Origin: Epiperipatus broadwayi
Lineage: Eukaryota > Animalia > Onychophora
NCBI GenBank assembly: GCA_028023455.1
Contig: JAQFVV010000009.1
Coordinates: forward strand, 1,364,001 to 1,428,000
Direction of reading: 5' to 3'
DNA: 64,000 nt
The translations under genes were made by a program, and so were the position numbers. A model generated the notes under the pieces. It was given only the letters and a program-made list of their open reading frames with translations. It ran no database searches and was not told where the DNA came from. The number at the start of each line of letters is the position of its first letter. The first letter of the stretch is position 1. Below, one piece after another: positions 51,328 through 62,600 of the stretch.

Positions 51328-52385
51328 GTAAGCCAATAAACATCACATAATCATTATTTCTTATGCTTGCTCTTAACTGTTATTAAAACAGGCAAAACTC
51401 TCTATACGTATTGCCACTCAGTGCAAGCCAGAGTAATCAATGGATGCCAGAAGGCTTGTGCATAAAATCCCCATCTAGTGCTACTCATCCAATATTCCCA
51501 GACTAGTTTCTTGTTTGTGGCCTTAGACAGTGAGGAACAGTTAAGAGCAAGCATAAAAAATAGTGATCATGTGGTATTTTTGGCTTAAAACCAATCCTGC
51601 CTAATAGGATAATGGTGGCTATGGTTATTAAAGAATCAAAGACACCAAAATGTGTAGGTACTGAGCTGAATTCAGACCTATATGACTATATAAGCTGATG
51701 AGCTTGGATTGAAAATATTATAGTGTTTCAATTTAAGTTTCATAGTTTTGGTTGCATTAGATCCTATCTAAGATTTAGGTGCAATGCTCTCAGATCCAAG
51801 GCTCTTCACTGACAAAGGCCACAAGCCAGAAATTAGTCTGGGGATATTAGGCACTAGATGTGGATTTTATGCACAAGCCTTCTGACATCCATTGATTACT
51901 CTGGCTTGCACTGAGTGGCAATATATATAGAGAGTTTGCCTGTTTTAATAACAGTTAAGAGCAAGCATAAGAAATGGTGATCATGTGACAATCCTGCCTA
52001 ATAGGATAATGGTGGATATGGTTATTAAAGAACCCAAAACACCAAAATGTGTAGGTACTGAACTGAGTTCAGATCTACATGACTATACAATATAAGCTGA
52101 GGAGCTTGGATTTAAAATATTATAGTGTTTTCAATTTGTCGCATAATTTTGTAGTTAAATAGAAATAAAATGTGGCTGCTGGAGGGTTGCATTAGATCCT
52201 AAGATCTAGGTGCAGTGCTCTCAGATCCAAGGCTCCTCACTGACGAAGGCTACAAACTAGAAACTAGTCTGGGGATATTGAATGAGTAGGCACTAGATGG
52301 GGATTTTATGCACAAGCCTTCTGGCATCCATTGATTACTCTGATTTGCACTGAGTGGCAATATGTATAGAGAGTTTTGCCTGTTT
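51328..52385 (+). mobile_element. Family-B HHR element: inverted 5-prime piece plus two tandem ~430-nt monomers (retrozyme-like)
   Basis: 11-bp TSD taatagtctaa at 51317-51327 and 52386-52396. Minus piece 51328-51536, plus-strand units 51537-51940 and 51941-52385. HHRs at ~51495-51535 (-), 51803-51844 and 52234-52275. Confidence 0.9.
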
Positions 52386-53089
52386 TAATAGTCTAATTCT
52401 TATATGCTTTCGTTTATATAGAATCTCATTATCATTTATAATTTTATTTGGGCTTTTTTATTAAATCAATCATTGCAAACCTTTTATAATTACAAATATT
52501 TCATAATATTATCTAATCCATTTACTTGCTTCTTTTTTTAATCCACTTACTGCTGTAATGAATTCTAAATTCATCACTATATCCATTTTTTCATAATTCA
52601 AATTCTGCACTAAATCATATTCACTTATTTAAGTTTCCATCCTCCAAGATTTTTATGATAAATTCATTATTTTGCCAATTTCTTCCCTATCTTCATTTTT
52701 TTTCTTTTCTGCATTTAGCAAGATAATAGCATTTTTTATTTCTCTTCTTTATAATATCTCCAAAAATTTTCATAATCCTTTTTATCTGCATTGTTAATTT
52801 TCTTAATTAACTTTATATTAAGTGCACACTATTTCCTTATTAATTCTATTCTAGTTATTTCTTTTTTTAAAAAAAATAATTATCCCATCTAGCCATTATT
52901 TCCTCTCTCATCTGTTTTTAACTGCTTCTTTATACTTCTTACATGCCCTCTTAAAATCTGGTTGCATTGTTACCAAGGGTACATTGATTTACTTAATAAT
53001 AATGATGATGTGGTTTGGTTCTAGAGAAAGGAAGATGTTATTAGATTTGTAAATATTACTATTATTAATATTATTGTTATTGTTTTCAG

Positions 53090-53142
53090 GAACATCATTA
53101 GCTATTATTGGAACATTTTTACTTGTTAATTTTTCTCCAAAG
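53090..53142 (+). CDS. NIPAL2/3-like: NIPA-like transporter, coding exon (G-TSLAIIGTFLLVNFSPK)
   Basis: ttttcag acceptor and gtaagt donor, 53 nt, phase 1/0. Matches NIPAL3-type GCGLAVVGTYLLVTFAP. Confidence 0.88.
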
Positions 53143-54467
53143 GTAAGTTATTATTTTATTAAAGTTAAAAATATACATAAGTTAGTCTAACAAATTCAGA
53201 GTTTTTTAAAAGTTATATATATATATAGTAATATAAATAATATAACAATAATTGTATAAAAGCTTTTAGTGTTTCATATTCCATGGAATATAAAAGGTTT
53301 TAAACTGATTGAGTTTTTTTTAACAAATATTTTAATTTATACTGAAAATAATATTTACCTAAATAAAAGGTACTTGAGTACTAAAATTGATCTGCAGTAA
53401 AAATTTTTGCTCCAAAAATGAAACCACTTGGTTGCAAAGTATGCTGGTATTTTCATAAAATTGTAATAAATGTCTTTTTTTTTTTTTTATAAAGAAATTA
53501 AAGCAAAAACTACAAAAAAAAAAGACATTAATTATTACACATATGCCAAATGAACAGTAAATGATTTTGACTTTTAAGTAATTTTGAACAACTTTTAAAA
53601 AAAAAAAAAAACCAAGTTTTAAGAATGATCTATTAATCAAAAAAATAATTGTTTAAATATACACAAAACAAACAGTAAATGATTATGATTTTGAAATAAT
53701 TTGGATAAAAATACATGAACTATATTCCTACAACACTTACCATGTAATATATAACAGAAATTTATGTGTTAAAACCAAACTTTTCCTATTAAATATTACC
53801 ACAGAAAATGGAGATCTGCAGTAAAAATTTTCATTTCAAAAATGAAACCACTTGATTGCAAAGTATGCTGGGGTTTTCATAAAATTGCTACTGTTTTTTT
53901 TTTTTTATAATGAAAATGACAATCAATGGAAAAAATAGCTATTGTTAGAAATATATCTGGACAATAACTGAAAAATGTCCAATTATTTCTTTCAATATGA
54001 TGTCATTTATGACAATATGATGCCATCTATCACGGTATGACATCAACTATAATGTTATCACCACTGAAAAATATAGGATTATTTCTTTCAATATAACATC
54101 ATCATGACATAACACATTTATTGTGGGTGTGAAAAGGTCTCCTATCTCTCCTACGTTGCAGTTTTAGTACTCAAGTACCAAATAAAAGTACATTAGAATT
54201 CTCATATCCACTTTGTTTTGTTTCAAGACTCTAACTAATAGCATGAATAGTGGATAATAACTCATCATTTTTTTATTTATAATTCCGTATAGGATTGTAA
54301 ATAAATCTACATAAATAAAACATTTAAAACACACTTTTATATCAAATATAGATATGTTAACACATACACTTATATACATATACTTAGAAGTTATAATTTA
54401 AATATTAGTATAGTGTATACATTTTTAACAATTAATAAAATTAAAGAATGATTTTGTATTAATATAT

Positions 54468-56527
54468 TATAACGATCGAAATGAAGTGAAGATCGAATCT
54501 AACCGCAAACTACGATATCTGCTCTACAGAGCGCCATCTAGGCATTTAAACCTAGAAAAATTTATAGAGTAGGCAGATACGCGCTGTTAAGATTCCACTT
54601 TATTTAAATATTCAGATCGTTAGCCCAAGTCACTAGCTCAGTGGAGACGCAGAGATAAAAATCTATATCTTAATTTATATCTTAAATATAAATAAATAAA
54701 AGCCACTGCCAGAAATTAACACATAAAAAATATTTATTTACGCACATATAAAATCATTCTAATTTGAGGAATAAGTTTAACATTTTAGATTTTTATATTA
54801 ACTTTTAATTTTACATTTAACTAAGTTTCAATGAGTTTAATATATTATTTAGATAGTCGAGTATGAATAGACTACATAGATCTGCATTTGAAAAGAAAAT
54901 ATTCTTCCCTGATTTAACCTTAGGCAACAAATTTCGCAATCAAACCGGCGCCAATCCATCTGATACATCTATGTATTCAATGTAGCATGAAAATACGACA
55001 ACACAAAATACTATACTGTCAGGAATGTACATCTGAACAGCAAGTAGAATTAGAGAAAAAATTGTCTCTCTACCAACCAGGAATGCGACATCTGTTGGCG
55101 AGTAGAACAATAAACATAAAACTTCATAGGAATGGACTGCGGTCCTTTGCCGTCTTACAAACCCATCCATAGGCAAACAGAAGGTGTGTGGCATATATAT
55201 ATAATCCTGCCCGTAGCGGATCTCATACTACATCTAAAATTACACAAATATATCCAGTCCATTGAACCAATTCAACTACGAAATGAATAACCTAAGATTA
55301 CCCTCCTTTAATATAACTTTACAAAACTATATAGCCATTCACTCCTGACTTAAATTTAACATTTAAATACCCTCACACAGATTATTTTTATACAATTTGT
55401 TTTATAATGTCGAGTATAGATCGGCTGCACAGATTCCACGGTCAAAAACATTCCAAATTAAACACAACCGATCAAAATACAAAGTCAATCGATAACGTCA
55501 ATTGCTGAGGGAATATAGGAGACCCTTTGGTGTTCATCATAAGACACCCTATGACATCGTTGACTTATATATTCTAATCAACTGTGAAAACCACAACATA
55601 ATCAACTGCTAACAAATCTCTGCAACTTCTATACCCAACTTAAATGTAATGCATTTAATAATTTCTACAATAACTATTACTACAAATAAAAATAATAAAA
55701 TGGAAATGATTTTAGCAAAACTTAACTATATAAATTTAAACAATCAATTATTAATTTGAAAATCAAATAAAAGTTCATTTTAAAATTTAAATTAGTTGAA
55801 TCTTTAAAAAAAACAATGACGAAAGTTCTTAATTACTTTTTTTGTTGTTGTTGTTAATTTGTAAAGTTCAGAGCTCACGGTAGAAGAGTCCAGGTTTCTG
55901 CTTTTAATTCCCACGACGCCTCCATTGGAAGATAATGTTCTGGAGATGGCAATAGCTGGTTCAAGGTATCACAGTCTTTTCATTTTTTTTTTATACAGAG
56001 AGTGTGGTATGTGCGTCCTACCACATCTCTCAAACACAAAACGCTGGAACTCAGAAAAAACTGTATTTCCCTTTTTATATTATCCACATGGATTCAATCA
56101 ACAAAACGTCACTAATCCATCACTTTCGTTAGGGTCCGAGCCAAGACTTAGTGCTTCCATTGGTCAAGCTAATTTCTCTTTATTTTCTTATCTATCTTTC
56201 ATCAGATCATTTTAATTATACAAGAGCCCAAGGCTAGCTTGCTTTTCAAACAATTTATAAACAATCATTTCCATTTACAGATTACAAGAATTAATTAATA
56301 CCTGTTTTTATTTTTAAATCTTGTACTTTTTTTTTTATAAAAAAAGTACGTTCAAATACTTATTTATTTGTTTTTTAAAAAAAAATATTTTTAAAGTTTG
56401 GCATCTGTGCGAATGTATATACGTTTAACAAACATTTTAATTTTAGCGTTTAGTTTTTTACTTTTATTTGCGAACTTTTAAGTTTTTATTTTAAATTAAT
56501 GTAACGACATATTTATATATCGTTACA
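54468..56527. mobile_element. CpG-rich island with LTR-like features, possible solo LTR
   Basis: Ends tataacga (54468) and tcgttaca (56527) with atat on both sides. Minus-strand CCAAT (~56160) and TATAAAAAG (~56075), plus gcgccatctag at 54531. CpG density is far above the flanks. Confidence 0.35.
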
Positions 56528-59500
56528 ATATAAAATAAAAATATTTTCACAAGCTTTGTTTTTTTAAGTGTGAAAGTTTTTGTTAATAATGTGTTTATTT
56601 TCTGTTTATGCCATTACTGAATTAACAGTATTGGAAGCAATTTTTTGTTTCCATTTTAATGAGAAATTTTTAAAAAAGTAAAGCAATATAAATAGCAATG
56701 AAAATAATTTAATCATATTTATTAAATGAAATATATGCACATACTTTTTACAAATAATAAACTTATGAAAATTGATAATGATAAAATGCAAAAAATATAT
56801 CTAAGTGACATTAAATTGATGTGATGTGTTGTACTGTAGCAGTTTAAACGTGAACTAAAATTATAATATTTTGCCAATTTATTTATTTTTTGTAGAGGAT
56901 AATTGAATTAGTGAATATTATTGCAGTAGTAGATATTACAGTCCCACTTTACTAATAATTTTTAAATTTATCTTATAAATGATTGACTAAAGTAACTTCA
57001 AATTAAATATACCAAAACTTTTGTGCTTTTACGTTTTAAATTAAAGATAATGGATCATATAAATGTATTAGATTTCAGAATTCTTCTGGGGATTTTGGAA
57101 AAGATTATTTCTATCATTAAAGGATTATGAGAGCTGATTGCTGTTTATATATGGCTATTAGATTGGAGCATAGCATAGTTGTACGAAATGTTTTAACATT
57201 ATAAGACAGTTTGATAATCCATAATGTAATGGTATAAATGGGAATAGCAGGCAATACACCTGTTATGTACTCAAATTAAGGCAACAATTTATCGCATAAA
57301 TAAAATTAAACAAAATTAAAAAAAACTCTTTGCTCAGTCTTTAAAATTGAGATAACAAAATTAACCATGTATAATACCCAAGAGATAGAGATTATTAAAT
57401 CCAATCAAATTCAAAATTCATAAAGTAAAAAAATAAATAAATAATTTATTTATATATCCCTAATCCATACCAATGCAATTTAAAATAGTATACAATAATG
57501 AAGCTAGCTAGCTCTTGTGAATATACTATAAATTAAAAGGTAAGGATTTAAATAAAATGGATGTGTATAATGATATTTAAATTTCTTGCTAATTAAAATT
57601 TGTTTATTCATGTTTCTCTAAATATAGATTATAGTTACTGCACTTAAATAATTAAAGTAAATGAAATTCAGAACTTTTAATATAATAAAATAATAATGAC
57701 AATTTATTTACAATAAATAATAATAATAGACAAATAAAGTTAAAGATATATTATAAAATAGAATTTAATCTGTGGTGATCATGTGCAGATTTGTACCCAT
57801 GAGTGGTGCTGAAAAATATACTTATTTCAAAACCAAAGGAAAATATATATTTACATTAATTTTGTTAAAGAAGTATAAAATTTACAAAGAATCCTTAACT
57901 TATTATAATTTGTTATAATAAAGATATTAAGAAATCTAAACAAGTTATTCAGATAAAATTTAGTTAATGGTTAGTTATAATTTTAACTAATTATTATGAT
58001 TTTCCTGTGATTACATTTATGTATAGTCATTTGTTCTTTAACAAACAAAAACACATTAAATAACCCTTCATATACACATATAATAAAAGCTTAAAATGAA
58101 ATTGAACAATCTGTAATAATGGTGAAATACTTGTTATCCAAAGTCATCTTGCACTTGAGATTTTATAATGAAATCTACATATAAGTCATAAATATCCAAT
58201 AGTTATGGGTTAACAATAATACAAAAGCAATGTTTGAAGTTTATTGATTTTATCAGAAGAGCATTTTTAGGTATATTAATCTATTTTAAGTCATTAGTGC
58301 ACAATATATTATCCTGTAGTTTAAATCCTATTTATGTATATGCATATGAAGCATCAAATATCAATAGATGATAATTTCCATGGGTGATTCATCCAATTTT
58401 CGTTATCATCGGGGGGGGCTTTTTAAAGTAATTATTATTCTGTCCATCAGGGTTTTACATATATATTTGTAAACATGATAATGTAGATTTAATAAATACT
58501 TTTATCAATATGTATAAAATAAAATGATTCCAATAGGTGGGGTCGAGTATGTAGTAACAAGAATGTAGGAAATCAAGATTTGAGCATTTTTTAATAAATA
58601 ATCCTTTCAGTTTAATACATTGGTTTTATGCTTTAATATCTTTGACAGTGTTTTTGTTTTTATCTATGGGCATTTGAGTTGTATTTTACTTTAACTTTAA
58701 ATAAACATTTTGGAAATCTCTGATGAAAATAAAAAACACTTTTTAGAATGCAATGGCAATTGCACTTCAGCTGTTATTCAAGCCTAAATTTACATTCTGG
58801 TGTCCTCAAGTGCAGACCTCAATTTTCCCTTTTAACACTTGTTGTATAGTTTTTCAGTAAATATCTTTATAAATATGTATATTGTGATTTTGTAATAAAA
58901 AAAAGTGTTTAGCAAAAGTGTGGCTTCTACCAAGTAAGCAGATATATATGTAGGCAAAAGAATCAAATAATAAAAAGCTTCCATCTGACATCACGTACTT
59001 GTTTATACTCTGTTTGGATGATGTAATATTTAAGTCAGTTACCATTTGATATACTCAAGCTTATCTGTTTTGTTTTTTTAATTCATCAAGTAATCATTGT
59101 AAACAATTTTAAAATATTGAATATCAACTATAAGCATATGTATAGATTCATACATGTGAGAATGTAATCTGTTATTTATTTATTGAAGTCTACTACTGAA
59201 ATATATATAAAAATAAGCAATGTTATTTTGGCAAAAAAATTTTAATTTTTTTGATCAATGTTTTTTTTTTTTTTAAATAAGATACTAAGATTACTGCATA
59301 TTATTTTTTTTTAAATGGGATAAAATGAATTGCAAATTACTGTTAAAGATACAATAAAATAAAACAAGTCAAAATTGTTATTTTCATTTTCATAAAAAAA
59401 TCTTTTTAAAATCAAAACAACTATATAGTGGTATTTTAGACTTATCAATGACATTAAAGAAAAAATCAATTGGCAATTCTAATAATTAATAATCCCATAA

Positions 59501-62157
59501 AACAATGATCTAAAATTCAAATAAAAAAAAATTTTTTTTGATTATGTATATATGTGTGATAGCATATGGTTAGAGATACCAATGTGGTACAATAATAATA
59601 AATATTCATTTTATCTGTCTGAAATTTTTACATTCTTTTGGTGGATAGCCTGTGAGATAGTTCTTAAGAAAAATAGTGCAATTATACTATAAATTGTGCA
59701 AAATACTGAGCTTCATTTATATTTATTTTTAAACTAATTGCAGTTTCTGTGTGTAGATAGTACTAAAAACAAGTTGTAATTAATATGCCTTCATCTGTAT
59801 TTCTTCTATAATTTTTGTTTATTTTAATAATTATTATCTTAAAGGCTATCTCTATGAAAATTAATATTAATGACTTTTATTAATATTAAAATGAAAATAA
59901 ATCTAATAACTACCTATTATTAATATAAAATTGTAAAGTTGTATTTAAAATAACTTGTATTTAATTTCATTTTCTATTATCCTCAGTAAAATGAAAAAAT
60001 TCATAAGTATACATTATAGTTTTTTAAATTAAAAAAAAAGGTATACATAGCTCATTTATTTCTAAACTTTAAAAATACATGCTTTCTTTTTATTTTTAAA
60101 AAATACATATTAGTCATAATGTATATCAATGAAGAAAATTAATCTTTAAATATGGGTACTTACTGTTTTAACCTTGTCAATTCAAATACATTTTCAATGC
60201 CAAGCATCATATTCATGACTTTTAGTTAGAATGTTTTAGTTATTTATAAAAGCTACCTCATTAGTATTCATATTAAATGCTCCAATGAATACTTGATAAG
60301 ATATTATTTGATTTTTTGTTGGTGCCTTTTTTATTGTTAGCTATATATCATTTTATGTATTTTTTTTTTTTTGTTTTACTTTCAGAATAAACCAACCTTA
60401 ACATTTCTTAAATTGAATAAATGTCTTATGTTAACTTTCATGATGCAAGAAAACTGATGCATAACATTTTCTTTAGCTTTATTTTATAAATATTTTTGCT
60501 TTCTGAGTCTTATTATAATGTTAGCTCAAGATTCAACAAATATATAGCCCAATACCCTGAATTATTTATTATATATTAAGATATTGAAGTATCATTGATT
60601 ACTACATACTTTCTTTCTATATACAGAATTAAAAATAATTTTTTGCCATTTTAAATATTTTTCATGATATAGCAGCTTCATTTAGCAATTGTTGTTTTAA
60701 AGGCTACTTCTATGAGAATTAATATCAGAGATTTTTATTAATGTTACAAAAATAAATCAAAAGTACATACTAATATGAAATTAGCAGAAAAGCAGGAAAA
60801 TGAGTACAGTTAAAATTTTAACTGATCACAAATGGTTTATGGATTCTGCAAGTAATTAATCAGTCATAGTCTTCTGTTACTTATTTTTGGAGATTTTATT
60901 AAATTATGAATTTTTGATAGAAATTATATCATTATAAAGTAACTGTGAATGAAAACATTTGGGTTAATAATTCACAAATGCTAAAATCATATTGGGTCAT
61001 GTACTTTTTTTTTTTTTTGATAACTATCTAAAACTTTAAACAAAGATTTTTCAACTATTCTGTCATATTAATCCTTATAAATATATAGAAATATAAATTA
61101 TTATTTTTTTTTTGTTTTGTTTTTTAACTTGTTTGTATTTTAGTAATTAGCATTCTCAACAGCATTCTTATATAAAGTGAGAGTGTTTTCAGCTTTTAAC
61201 ACAAACCTTTTTTAATAATAATGGAAATATATTTGAAACGATTTTTAGTAATTAAAAGTCTTGTTAGTATAAAAAACACTTTAATAATCATATCTTTCAT
61301 ATCTATTGAGTGAATAACTAGAGAATTGTATTACCCCATTCTTTTGATTTAATTTTCTGAATTTGAATATATGACTTTAAAGATAATGATATTGGTTTTC
61401 GTATTTTATTAGAAAAGATATCATTTGGTTGTTGGCTCTTGACTTTTCTCATATATTTAATCGGTATTAAAATAGACATTATTATTCATAAGTACATTGA
61501 TTATTCAAATTACTTTATAGAGCTAGCCACAAATTTAGGGGGAAAAATTTAGTGCATAATTGCTTTTTAATTATTGCAAACAAATTATTAATAGTTACAT
61601 CTATCAATCACACATATGACTTGATTTCTCCATAATCTTTATAAGAATAATTTTTTTAAATAAAAGTTTCAGATATTCCTTTTATTTTTGATATATATTA
61701 TTAATGAAAGACTTCTGATTAACTGTCTAGTTAAATAAAATAATTATTCCCAGCAATAAGTTGTTTTAAAAAGTTAATGTAGTAATAAATAACTAGAGAC
61801 ATGCAGTTCTCATTTCTTAAACAGAGTTGGATCAATTTTATAACTTTGTTGTCAACAGATTTTCATATAAGATTGTGATTCATTGCTGAATACAATATAA
61901 TGCTATTCTTATTACCATGCATCTCAACTTCCACATCGTATCTCTTGGATTTAATGATGTCTTGCAATGAACAGATGTTTAAGAATATTGGTAGTTCAGG
62001 CTTAATTTTAACAATCCTTAGATCACTATCTGCATTATAATAAAATTGTCTTTTGTATTTGCTGTCTTCCACTGAATGCTCTTTTACTAACTTGTGGTTC
62101 TGTTATTATTTTCCTAAAAGTATGCTGCTAATACACTCAACTTCTACAAAATACATC

Positions 62158-62600
62158 ATTGGCAGGAAGGTCCCCTATGCACTTTTGGTATTTGGATAAA
62201 TTGTAACAATGCTAAATTCTCTTATAATACCCTCTATAACATGAATTACAGCCTATTAAATGAATTCATCGAACTATCAAATGATTGATTGTGAACTTTT
62301 ACAATATGCATATTTTAAGTACTATTTCATATTTGCTGTTTTTTGTGTTGCAAATTTCTTCTAAATAGTGAAATATTTAATTGGCAGAAAGGTATTCTAA
62401 ACATTTTTGGTATTTGGATAAGTTGTATTGATAGTAAATTCTCTTGTGATACACTCTATAACATAAATTACAACTTATTAAATGAATTTATCAAACTTTA
62501 TTTTTGCTATGTTAGATGATCAATTGTGAACTTTTGTAATGTATATATTTAAGTATTGTTCCGTACTTGTTGAATTTTATGCTGCAGATTTGGTTAAAAT
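62158..62600. repeat. Tandem repeat, ~222-bp unit x2
   Basis: attggcag(g/a)aagg...ttttggtatttggataa...ctctataaca...aattgtgaactttt repeats at 62158 and 62380. The 18-mer gaattcatcgaactatca is shared with ~43629. Confidence 0.75.

Noticed and set aside
51685-51726. Second CTGATGA...GAAA motif inside the family-B monomer (ctgatgagcttggattgaaaatatta)
   Set aside because: No credible stem II and stem I is out of register. The sister copies (52077, ~48005, 48152) do not keep the core.
53389-53890. ~85-bp direct repeat (53389-53470, 53813-53890) and ~100-bp direct repeat (59828-59935, 60688-60782)
   Set aside because: They are real local duplications, but with no termini, TSD, ORF or structure that would support a further interpretation.
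56031-56060. SNTKRWNS in ORF 55925-56215 as a hAT TRWNS motif
   Set aside because: Isolated, with an extra residue and no other transposase motif. The region looks like LTR sequence read antisense.
56896-57120. Acceptor-like sites at ~56895, ~57078 and ~60385 as the next NIPAL exon
   Set aside because: The phase-0 readings hit stops or lack a donor, and none resembles the expected NIPAL segment.
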